DNA of 64,000 bases from Octopus vulgaris (lineage: Eukaryota): contig OX597817.1 in the NCBI GenBank assembly GCA_951406725.2, forward strand, positions 74,028,001 through 74,092,000, written 5' to 3'. Within the stretch, counting starts at the first letter, position 1; each line of letters begins with the position of its first letter. The notes under the pieces are model-generated. The model was not told where the DNA came from. It saw nothing but the letters and a program-made list of their open reading frames with translations, and did not search any database. Shown piece by piece: positions 13,402 to 24,655 of this stretch. Made by a program: the position numbers and the translations under genes.

Positions 13402-13833
13402 TTTGTGTGTATGTTCGCATGTACGTACGATGCTAGTGTGTAATGACGTGTAGCTATATTAAGCCCACGTGCGTTGAGCGACCCTTCGAATTATATTAAA
13501 TGTCATATTATAGGGTAGAATGATTAATGCCTTTTCGTACGGTGTTATATCAGTTACTACAGAGTGAAGTGTGCGCGCATGTTACATGGCTTCTGTGTTT
13601 GCCTTTAGTAAATGAGCTAATTATTAGGTACATATTATATTTCATATGAATGTGTAAAATAGTTAAAATGTTATATCCACAAATGCGTATGTATGTACTT
13701 GTATGTATATAAATGTGTGTGCGTGTGTGTATGTGTGTCTGTGTCTGTGTGTTATAGTGTGCTGTTGCGTTAGATCAAATCAACAAAAAAGTACTCCAGC
13801 AAGCAAGAAATAAACATTATACAGTGGATTTAA

Positions 13834-14030
13834 GGTGGCGAGCTGGCAGAATCGTTAGCACGGCTGGCAAAATGCATGGCGGAATTTCGTCCGCCTTTAC
13901 GTTCTGTGTTCAAATTCCATCGAAATCGACTTTGCTTCCCATCCTTTCGAGGTCGACAAAATATATAACAGTTGAGCACTGGGGTCGATGTAATCGATTT
14001 ATCCCCTCTCCCCACCGAAATTGCTGTCCG
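13834..14030 (+). mobile_element. OK-like SINE, older copy
   Basis: ggtggcgagctggcagaatcgttagc A box and gtgttcaaattcc B box. Confidence 0.85.
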
Positions 14031-14158
14031 TAAACACACGAGAGATAAGTACAGGACAAAATACCCACAAAATACACAATAAGAATAGGACAACAGCGAG
14101 TGAAAAATACGTAACTCTATCTATCTATCGAGCTAGCTATCTACCTCTCTCTCTCTCC

Positions 14159-14206
<48 letters not shown>

Positions 14207-14209
<3 letters not shown>

Positions 14210-14389
14210 TGGAGAAGAGAATTCGAAACACACTTTGAGTCGAACCAGGGACAGCTGATGAAGGGGAATTTTCCTTGTATTGTTTGTCCTGTACTCTGTT
14301 TTTTCGTTGCTTAAAAAAAGTCCGTTTCCTTGTTTGATTTTATGTTCTCGTCTCTCGTTGTGTTCTACGTTTATTTGTGGTGTCCTGTA

Positions 14390-14395
<6 letters not shown>
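14207..14395 (+). repeat. Interspersed repeat end (Penelope-like) in (TA)n; opposite-strand relatives at 43600-43675 and 34975-35110
   Basis: Ends ggtgtcctgtactcatatat; 43600 reads atgagtacaggacacc (reverse complement). Confidence 0.5.
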
Positions 14396-14453
<58 letters not shown>

Positions 14454-15577
14454 TAATGCAATACTAGAGTATTGCTTTCCAGTAAATATCGGTACTTCGT
14501 TGTGCCATATATTTACTTCTTTGTATATATATATATATACACATATACATATAGCATGATGTATTTTAAACCTGAAAGATTGATTAACTGATAGTGCACA
14601 GCATGCTATACAAGCATGTCTGACTATTGTGCTATCAGAAGCCTGAAACTTACGGTAGCTTGCATTTAAATCCTGTGTATATTAAATGGTAGCTGTGTGG
14701 CAATAAGTTTCCTTCTCATACGCGCACTGTTTACCGTCGCAAAATAGTGGAAGTAAATTAACCTCATAAAATAAGTGTATATTGCAATATAAACTGGAAA
14801 ACTGGTAAACAAAATATCTGACATAACCAATGTATCTAATATATAAATGTACTTATAATTACTACAACATGAAAACCGTACATATATACATACATATATA
14901 TATATATGGCATAAATAATCACATTTACAGGTAAACATGACAGTCATTGGTGCGCAAAATTTGATATGTGAATAGCTTTTCACAATCTCTAAATTTGTTT
15001 CGCTACATTTGCTTGTGAAAGCGATGAAGTAAAGCTGAAAAGTGACGGAGGGTGCCGAAATATCAATAAGTCTCTGTTTTATGTATTCATTTATTTATTT
15101 ATTTATGTATTTATCTATTTATAGAAATCATCACTAGTTCTACATTGTCACCCAAGTTTCTTCTTGGCGAGCATCCATCGCCTTTCTAACGTCTGTGTAT
15201 GGATGCTATCGCCGTTTGGATCAACATTTTCGAATGAATAGTTGACAACTTCGTGAGAACAGAGTATAGAAGTATAGGAAGTCGCTTCATCGGATATCAA
15301 ATGTATTTAATGAAAGTTTGATAAGTCACTGCCGTCACTTCCGTTTTCTATCGCAATGTACTTTCTTAAGGACAATTTACTGTCACCATTTTACAACGGT
15401 AAACTGCATGTTAACCTATACACACATGCACGACTACGCACGCGCACACACAGGCACATACGCATACACTCACTCTCACACACACGTACATACGCAGAAA
15501 CACCGAAACACGTACCATACGCCTACTTGCGCATCTACATATGCACGCGTACACCTACATACGCACGTACACACACG

Positions 15578-15628
<51 letters not shown>

Positions 15629-16536
15629 TTCTTACAGATAGATGCATGTGTTCTGTCACAAACAGAACAAATACTACTTTGCCATCACGAGCGAGAAGAA
15701 AAAAGACAGTCGTAAAACAATTCGCCTGTTGTATACAAAGCGACGAAGTAAAACCGAAAAGCGACGGAAGGAGCCGAAATATCACGAAGTCTCTAATGTT
15801 TTTATTTATTTATTTATTTACTTATTTATTTATTATGCTTTTGAAATATCAGAGCTGATACTGAAATAATTTTTCAAACTCACACAAATTTTGAAAAAAT
15901 AAAGATCAGCGTTAATTTATAATTTTAGATCGTTTAAATTTTTTTTTCAGAAACGATAAATAATAGTATTGAGAGAATACTCTTAATTTCAAATTTTTTT
16001 TATTTTCAGTTTCTCGTTTTACTTGAAGGAATTGTATATAAGAATTCAAAAGTTTTTTACGATTGCTTCGTTTTTGTTTTCGTACTTACGCACACACATA
16101 ACCCACCGCCGCCGCCAGCACATACAGTACACGGGATATTTTCAAAAGAAAAGATTACTGGAGACAAAACGTATTGTCTTCATTTAATATACAAGCATTT
16201 ATATGCATACACGCGCGTGTCTGTGTGTGTGTAATGCACAATCCCACGTAAATCAGAAGTGAAACAAATTTGAACATTACAAAGCTTCACTGTGGGCGAA
16301 ATAAGAACGTAAGCACTTGCTTCCTCTTCTATTAATGTATGTAAATGATGCGAGGGAATAGTCTCCAAACAAAACTCCTCGGAGTTGAACAAATTGTTTT
16401 GACCAATCAATGACAGATAATTTTATCTCTATACAACGCAGACGTAAATTTGGCAAGCAGCATGGAAGGTAACTTGATTTGCATATTTGTGCTTTTGAAC
16501 TCTCGTCATTAATCAAACAATATTTCTTTTATGCAA

Positions 16537-16934
16537 GGCGGCGAGCTGGCAGAATCGTTAGCACGCCGGGCTAAATGCGTAGCCGTATTTCGTCTGCCGT
16601 TACGTTCTGAGTTCAAATTCCGCCGAGGTCGACTTTGCCTTTCATCCTTTCGGGCTCGATAAATTAAGTACCAGTTACGCACTGGGGTCGATGTAATCGA
16701 CTTAAACCATTTGTTTGTCCTTGTTTGTCCCCTTCTATGTTTAGCTCCTTGTGGGCAATAAAGAAATAGGTATTTCGTCTGTCGCTACGTTCTGAGTTCA
16801 AATTCCGCCGAGGTCGACTTTGCCTTTCATCCTTTCAGGGTCGATTAAATAAGTACCAGTTACGTACTGGGAATCGATCTAATAGACTGCCCCTCGTCCT
16901 CAAAAGTTCGAGCCTTATGCCTCGAGTAGAAAAG
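16537..16934 (+). mobile_element. Dimeric OK-like SINE with 16-bp TSD
   Basis: Full monomer 16537-16766 plus a second, 5'-truncated unit with a different tail; TSD aatatttcttttatgc at 16519-16534 and 16935-16950. Confidence 0.92.
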
Positions 16935-17560
16935 AATATTTCTTTTATGCGCAATACTACGTGTATCAGAACTAAAATGCATTTAAATATTACATAGGTA
17001 CGTTATAGAAGAAATAAGAACTGATGTGCGGAAAGAAAGAAAGAAAGAAAGAAAGGGAGTCATCTGTCCGACCGTTATACAGTTTTTCAGCTGCTTCTCA
17101 AGAGAGCCAGACAAGCTTTCTTCCCCAGTCAATAAAAGATAGCATTTGACTATTATATAAAGCAGTTGTAAATTAGGTTAGTGGTGTATGGATAAGCTTA
17201 TTTGTACACATGGTATTGATAACATATTATCTATTTGATGCACAACATATAAAGTTTTGTTTTATCCACAGCGATTTCTTTATATATATGTATGCGTGAG
17301 TGTGTGTTCGTGAATGTATGTGCGTGCGTGCATGCGTGTTTGTGTGTTTGTGTCTGTGTGTGTGAAAGCGTGTGATCGAGTAGTTGAGGCGCTGCCCTAA
17401 CGATCGCAAGATTGTAGTGGGAATGTTGGTCTGCCTGACCATCATAGCCACCTGGGTAGCAACGTTCGATAGCTAACAACAATGCAAGGAAGTAGTGGAA
17501 GGCAAAATCCGATGGCATGGTCGATACAGAAATATATACATATACATATATATGCGTATA

Positions 17561-18801
17561 TCTGTCCGAATTTTTAAAAAAGAAAAGACGTGATCAAATG
17601 TTATATTTAATTGAAATTTAATCATCAATGTACTTTCCCTGATTATCTATGACTTCCTTCCATCTATGTACAAGCTTTACAATCCCATCAAGGTAAAACT
17701 CTTTTGGTTTCAAAGCGAAGAACTCTGAAATGTCAGTTTCGACCTCCTCCTGGCTTGCGAAAGTTATGTCCCCCAAATGATTCTGTAAACTACGAAACAA
17801 ATGGTAGTCTAACGGAGCAAGGACGAGAGAATAAGGTGAATGAGGCATTTTTCCCAACCAAGCTCTTCAATCTTCTGTGATGTGATCTTTGCAGTGTGGG
17901 GTCGGGCATTGTCCTGATGAAACATCACTCCTTTTCGATTCACTAAAGCGGGGCTTTTTTTCTTCAATGCTTGGCTCAAACGCTCTAATTGCTGACAGTA
18001 GACTTGAGCATTGATTGTTGCATTAGGTGGTAACAATTCAAAGTGAATTACTCCTTTGCAATCCCTCCAGATAGAGAGAACCTTTTTTCCATGAAGTTCC
18101 CTTCTTGGTTGTGGTTGAGCTTTTTCCCTTTTACCAAGCCACGTTTAACATTTTGATAGAAGATCCATTTTTCGTCACTAGTCACAAGTCTATAAAAAAA
18201 GAGTGAAATGAGTTCACGTGAATGGAGAGAAGAGCAAATGTCAACTCGGGATTTACGGTTGCTTTCGGACAATTCATGAGGCACCCATTTTCCAAGTTTA
18301 GGAACGTTTCCAAGTTGTTGAAGATGATGATGAACAGTTGTATAGCTTGAACTAAGCTTTATTGCCAATTCTTCAACTGATAATGCAGGATTTTCTTTAA
18401 GTAATGCCTTAAGGAGCATTACTGAACGTCCTGTTCATCTTCAAGGCTGAAATCTCCACTTCTGAATTTTGCAAACCATCTTCTGCAAGTTCTTTCATTC
18501 AAGCATTCTTTCCTATAAGCTTAGTGTATGTTTCGAGTTGCTTCGGCTGCAGAATTTTCATTTTTGTACTCTTTATGAGTACATTATGTGCCTTAAATGC
18601 TCTTTGGATACTTCCATGTTAGAAAGGGTTTTAATCAAAGAAATTTTAATTCTGTTATTCTGTAAAATAATATTTAATTAGTTTAAATGTACACAAATGC
18701 ATAAAAATAATTTTTTATTCCATTAGACATTCTAAAATACTATTAAATTTCATTCAATTTTGAAAAAGGTAAAATCGGACAGAACTTATGGGATGACCTG
18801 A
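17561..18801 (-). mobile_element. mariner (DD34D) DNA transposon, near full length
   Basis: TIR tcggacagaacttatgggatgacctga+TA at the right end; partial tctgtccga at the left end; encloses the transposase pseudogene. Confidence 0.93.
17618..18617 (-). pseudogene. mariner transposase pseudogene
   Basis: MEVSKEHLRHIM start; WVPHEL, VTSDEKW, FHQDNARPH, HSPYSLVLAPLDYHLF (cf. YSPDLAPSDY); split over several frames. Confidence 0.92.
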
Positions 18802-18951
18802 TATAATAATTAGTATATACATTCATGCATTTAAGTGTGTGTACATATTTGCAGTAAACAACACAGCAGAAATATTGTTTGTGTTTCCTATTGAAAATCA
18901 TTCTCTACAAGAAATAAAACTGTCGTCATTTTTGACGCTATGAATGTGTGT

Positions 18952-19028
<77 letters not shown>

Positions 19029-19284
19029 CAGTTGAATACAAAGACTTCAGTATAGGAAGAAAGTGGGAGAAAAAGAGAGTAATCCAACTGAAACAATAGT
19101 ATGAGAGATTTATTTAGTACAAACTGTGTTGCTCTGAGTTTCATGTCTCCAACTGTCAAATAGATTCTGAACGATGAAATTGAAAACCGTTCAGCGGAAC
19201 AAATAAAAATCGAAAACAAAACAAAAAGTATTTGATTTGTTGCATGCGTAAAGATAATTTCACAACGATAAAAATATTAATTTA

Positions 19285-19328
<44 letters not shown>

Positions 19329-19333
19329 CATAC

Positions 19334-19406
<73 letters not shown>

Positions 19407-19559
19407 TATATAATTCATTAATTAGTTGATCAGTTGATGAACTAATCATATTTATAGAATGTAGCTTATGTCATTTACAGAACGTCAGTCGTGCTTAAAC
19501 ATTACAGTATCGAATAAATAAATAAAAGAAAGACAGACCATAGACGCCCCAGATCCCCC

Positions 19560-20340
19560 ACACCTCGACAGAAATACGCATGGGCAAATACATCTGAACT
19601 AATTTTGTACCGAAATAAATGCAAAAGTGAGTATTAGATCCGAGCTGTTCGTTGAATGTGGTACCACTGACCAGCCCAATTTGCTGATTGCCTAATTTCC
19701 TTCCAAAGAATGTGTGTATTTACGCATTATCATGGTGAATTTGGATCACTACCAGATTCATGTTCATTCTCTTCCTCTTAATAGCTTTTTAGGCGTTTCA
19801 ATGGTTTTTAATGCCTCGCTGTATCGCTGGCTATCCACTATACAGCTACGCTCAAGAAAAATCCCCAAATACAGTGACCATGACGATTTATTTTGCCAAT
19901 CACTGGCTCTAGAACTTCATAGGCCTTAAAGAAGAAGTGTGACGCAATTCCATTGACTGTATCTTCGTGTCTGAATCATTATGATACGCCTGTACTTTAC
20001 TCCCTGTAACCAGATCATGAAAAGGTATTTTTATTGCCTTCAAACGCTTCCACCAACGCAGATAGTTTTCCACCCTTCTGTCCTTTTAACCTAGTATCAG
20101 CCATGAAGTACTAACTTTGCACACACTTTCCGATGCATAAAGTTTTCTACCATCTTTTGTTTGTGGCTACAGTTTAGTTGAGCTGTAAGCTCACGAGTTG
20201 ATTAACCTGTCTGTACGTTTCAGTTTGTCTTGTAACAAGTGATTCATGTCAGTGAGCAGAGTTGTTTCTCCGTCTTCAATGCTTGTTTCTCTTACATTAG
20301 AAGTTCATCATCCATCTGCGCACATGACAGAACGTTGCTT
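19560..20340 (-). mobile_element. Older mariner relic
   Basis: MHRKVCAKLVLH, LVTGSKVQAYHNDSDTKIQSMELRH (cf. IVTGDETWVYHYDPETKxQSMEW), IHHDNA, LGWSVVPHSTNSSDL. Confidence 0.7.
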
Positions 20341-20559
20341 CTACTTGTAACTCATTATTTGATTGCGATGAAGAAGAAAATAAAGTGTTAGTAAAGAGGA
20401 AGGTTTACTCAACCAAAATGTGCAATTTGCTTTACCATTACTTTCTGTACAGTAACTAAGTGTGTGTATGTGTGTGTGTGTGTGTGTGCGTGCGTGTGTG
20501 TGTGAGCGAGCGCGCGTGCGCGTGAGTGCGAGAGAGCGTGTGTGGGAGAGAGATCTGCG

Positions 20560-20950
20560 AAGACATGGCTCCATAGTCAAGAAATTCGCTTCGTAATCAA
20601 ATGGTTTCTAGTTCCGTTCCATTACGCTGCACCTTGAGCAAAAGTTTTCTACTATGGTATCATGTGAGTGAATTTAGTAAATGATAACTGCGCAAAAGTT
20701 TGTCGCACGCATGCGCGCGCACACACACACACATGAAAGTATGTATGTATGAGTCAGCGTGTATATGCACCTTAATACTTTTTCCAAGTGTTTAACGACT
20801 GGCGTCGCTTTACTGCCATTCCCGTAAATTAGCACTTTGTCAAAGTGCCCGATAAAATAAGTATTGGGTCAGTTTGATCGACTAATCTTTCCACAGCTGT
20901 GCTTTAGCACGGCCGCAGTCCAATGATTGAAATAAGTAAAAGACCAAAAG
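20560..20950 (+). mobile_element. Degenerate bipartite CORE-type SINE (head, microsatellite linker, tail)
   Basis: Similar to the reverse-strand copies at 36812-37230 and 46835-48310; tail agcacggccgcagtccaatgattgaaataagtaaaaga. Confidence 0.65.
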
Positions 20951-21489
20951 ATTGAGTGAATTTACTACACGCGCACAAAGATGGAGTGAGGGAGAGAGAG
21001 TGAGTGAGGGAGAGAGAGTGAGGGAGGGAGAGAGAGTGAATGAGGGAGAGAGAGAGATAGAGATAAAGAGGGAGGAGAGAGAGAAGAGAAAGAGATACTG
21101 AGAGAGATTTTTCATGGAGCTCCTCTAGAAATTAAGAATTTCAGGTCCAAATGGATTCCATATTCTCAATTAAGTCTTTTCAGTAGAGATAATACCATAA
21201 CATGAATTTTTAAAGTTGTAGTTCTTTCCTCTTTCTATGAATATATGGTTATGATAAAATATGAACAAAGACAGCTTTTGGCGTAGCATTATGAAAGCCT
21301 AATTGATCAGAATGGCTAATCTCTGACTATCTGAATATGACCACTGGTAAAATTTCCTAAATAATTTGATCCCTGTGCAGCAGTTTTACCAGATAACAAT
21401 ATACGTTGTACAAAACAATGATAAGTCTAATCTGTTAATGAAATGAACACTTGGTTTTTTTTTTATCTGCAAAAATTTCTAATAGCTCT

Positions 21490-21900
21490 ATGAAAATCAA
21501 TATCTTTAGCAATGCTTAATTCAATACTCAGTTTGCTAAATTAACAAGTGAGTTTGAAGCATTGTAATCTTTAAGCATATTGCGTTAGAGCTGAGTTTGC
21601 TAAAAGATCCTTTCTGCGAATGGAGTTGTTAACAATATTCTGAAGCTAGCACAAACATTTTGGAAAATCGCACATAGTTTGTAATCATTGAATACATTTA
21701 ACAATTCTAATAGTTGCTGTTCTGGCTTTTCAAAATTTGCTCTTTGTATATATTTCTGTTGCAAAACAGTCAGCGTTAAATTTAGTAGGATATTTGTGGG
21801 CTGCATATTTTTTATTATTTTTATTTAGTAACTCATATTCAGACGTTGTCGGATAATTTTTAAAGAGATCAAAATCTTCAACCAACTGCTTAGCATACAA
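21490..21900 (-). mobile_element. hAT C-terminal dimerisation-domain relic
   Basis: FQNVCASFRILLTTPFAERIF (cf. FPNVxxALRILLTxPVxxxxAERSFS). Confidence 0.55.
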
Positions 21901-21915
21901 TAGTATTGTCTAAGT

Positions 21916-22212
21916 CAGTGGTTCTCCACCAGCGTCTATATAAGACTTTTGGGTGTCCATGCAAGCAAGCTAGTGAATTGGAGACCCTAAAGTAGCATTT
22001 TAAGTGTCCACGGAAAAATCTTGCTTTAGATGTATTTATTTCTCAAACTTTTCATAAAATTCAGTCTATGTGAATATATGACTAACAAAATTATGAATTT
22101 TAAAAGAAGTATCTATAAAACTAATTTTTAAACTTTGAATGTCTATGGGGGTCCGCTAGAATGAAATAGTAATCAAAACGGTCTGTAGATCACAAATAGC
22201 TGACATTCACTG
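21916..22212. mobile_element. hAT/Charlie-type MITE
   Basis: Begins CAGTGGTTCTCCACC, ends ...CACTG; flanks gtctaagt / gtcgaaac are a possible decayed 8-bp TSD. Confidence 0.55.
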
Positions 22213-22429
22213 GTCGAAACAAAACATGGATTTTCTGAAGCAGACCTCCTCTTTAGTGAATCATCTACGTCATTCGTATCAGTCCGGTTGGTATTTGGTT
22301 TTATGCTGTCGTACACCCTTCTCTTTTGATTCATGTCTTAAAATCTTTGAGAAAGTTTGGTTTCAACTTCAAGATCTGACGCTTCCCTTTGATGCCATTC
22401 CATATGTTTTTCTAGTTCTTTCGTAATGC

Positions 22430-24527
22430 AGTACCGGACCAGTTATCCGGTGAACCATTCAACATCGTGCGTTCAGTCTGTCAAGGGTTCCCACTCTCGT
22501 CCCCTCTGTATATACTGACCCTCGAGCCGTTACTTCGGAAATTTGAGACGGTGAGCGGCATCTCGCGTAAACTAGGATGTGGGAGAGTTGTGTCGGTATA
22601 CGTAAACAACGTCACTGTCATAGTGTCGGACGACAAGCACATAGATCTGATCAGCACTATTGTGAAAGAATATCGTTGGGCTTGCAGTTCGGCACCTGGA
22701 GAGGCAGATACATGCCAACCAATAGCGTTGTAGGACGTTTGGAAGTCGGGCTCGCAAAATTGCTCGGAGTCTGGTTCGGACCGGATCTCCAGCTGGAGAA
22801 GAACTGGTGTAAGGTGACGAGCAGGTTAGCCAGTCTCACCCAGAAATGGGCCAAGAGGAAGCTGTCCTTGAAAGCTCGAGCAGAGGTGGCGAACACATAC
22901 GTCGCCTCAGTCATTTGCTACCGCATCACCGTCGTGCTTTGCCCCAGTTTGTACCTGGTCGAGCTGGTTCGTTTGCTTTTGCGCCTCTTATGGAAGGGAT
23001 GGATTCCGCTGGTCAGGCGCTTCATTTGCTGTCAACACCATATGAACAGTGAGCTGGGTATGACGTAGCTATTGATGCGCGGACATGCGCTCAGGCTGCG
23101 GCAAATCCAGCATTTCCTCGACGACGGTGAGCAGCTGTGGTTTCCGTTTGTCAGAATCGCTTTCCCGCAGCTCGTCTCTCTGTGTGAGCTGCAATCTTGG
23201 ATCAAGCGTAGACTGAGGCTGGGCGTCTAGTACCTTGAGTGTCATCAGGCGCTCTCGACCCTCAGTTAGTCTCAAGATGCGGTTAGTGGAAGTTCTACTA
23301 TGGCATTGTTTAGAGGGTTAGTGGTGAAAGGAAACGACGACGTTCTTCGGGAGACTCTAGGCGTCGATTATTTTTCAACACGCTAATCTGTTCGGGAGGA
23401 CTTTCGGGCTGGGGCTTATGGATAACTTCCAGAAATCCCTGGCCTGACAGTGCTACAGGGGGACTTTGCCTGTTCGAGATAAACTCAACAGGCCGTCAGC
23501 CGGACCTGCCCGAGATGTGCGCAGAGCGATGAAACCGTTCTGCACGCACTCGTCCAGTGCCCGAGCATAACTGATATACAAAGGCGGCGAGCTGACAGAA
23601 ACGTTAGCACTCCGGGCGAAATGCGTAGCCGTATTTCGTCTGCCACTACGTTCTGAGTTCAAATTCCGCCGAGGTCGACTTTGCCTTTCATCCTTTCGGG
23701 GTCGATTAAATAAGTACCAGTTACGCACTGGGGTCGATATAATCGACTTAATCCGTTTGTCTGTCCTTGTTTGTCCTCTCTGTGTTTAGCCCCTTGTGGG
23801 TAGTAAAGAAACATATATATGAGTATATACAGTTCTATATTTAAGAGATGAGAAGATATGTACATTATTTACATTATTTACATTCGACGGATATTTGTGT
23901 TAACAACAAACAAGATGAGGACAAATATCCGTCGAACGTAAATAATGTAAATGATATGGGTATATGTCGAACACCTGCTGTCACGTGTAGGACGTATCCA
24001 CTTGTCGGCTGATTCCATCATGAAGATTGCCCAACTGCCTTCCTTTGGCCGGCGAGGGAAGGCAATTTTCATCTGTCTCGTGGCTGTAGCGAAAGAGGTT
24101 GTGTGGTGGTCTAGACTGAAAGGGCTGAGGACAGATACTTTTCTCTTTGGCCTACCCCTCACCAACAAGAAAGTGAGGGTTGAAAGAGAGGTTCTGACTT
24201 CCAGCAATTTTGTTAAAAGGTGGGTGAATGTGGTGAAGATGATCCGTGTCAACAGGCCTACTTTGAGCATGCGCTTTTGAGTTTCCAAGGCTGAGAGAGG
24301 GAGAAAGATGAGGAGAGGGCTGTTGCTCTAGTGGTCGTGGTGCTTGTGGATTTTTCGTGGGGTCTCCGTGAGTAGTCCAGTGTTGCTTGCCTCTTTTAGG
24401 CATTTTCTTTGTTATATTTTTCATTGTTATTGACTTTTTACACGACACTATGTAACCCCACTTTGTCCTTCGTGTTTTGTAGTGTCCAATCTTATTTTTG
24501 TCGGCCCTTGTGTTTAATAAAGAAAGG
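22430..24527 (+). mobile_element. 5'-truncated L1/Tx1-clade LINE (copy 1), interrupted at 23578-23951
   Basis: SVCQGFPLSSPLYILTLEPLL, YVNN (YADD site), KLLGVWFG, WAKRKLSLKARA, CPRCAQSDETVLHALVQC zinc knuckle, C-terminus RWVNVVKM, 3' aataaagaaag followed by trinucleotide repeats. Confidence 0.9.
23583..23811 (+). mobile_element. OK-like SINE nested in LINE copy 1
   Basis: Near-identical to the reverse complement of 10093-10325. Confidence 0.93.
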
Positions 24528-24556
24528 ATTATTGTTACTACTACTACTACTACTAC

Positions 24557-24587
<31 letters not shown>

Positions 24588-24610
24588 AATACTACTACTA
24601 ATACTACTAC

Positions 24611-24654
<44 letters not shown>

Positions 24655-24655
<1 letters not shown>

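Noticed and set aside
14225-14280. GAAA...CTGATGA order suggesting a type II hammerhead (also near 35095-35135 on the minus strand)
   Set aside because: Stems I and II cannot be paired convincingly.
14589-14660. Small hairpin ctgatag..ctatcag and a minus-strand GTAAGT donor at 14648-14653
   Set aside because: The hairpin has a large bulge, unlike a pre-miRNA, and no good acceptor or frame supports an exon.
16537-16625. tRNA-like A and B boxes (also at 7640-7710, 45292-45365, 46000-46058)
   Set aside because: These are SINE heads with SINE bodies, tails and in some cases TSDs; no cloverleaf, so not tRNA genes.
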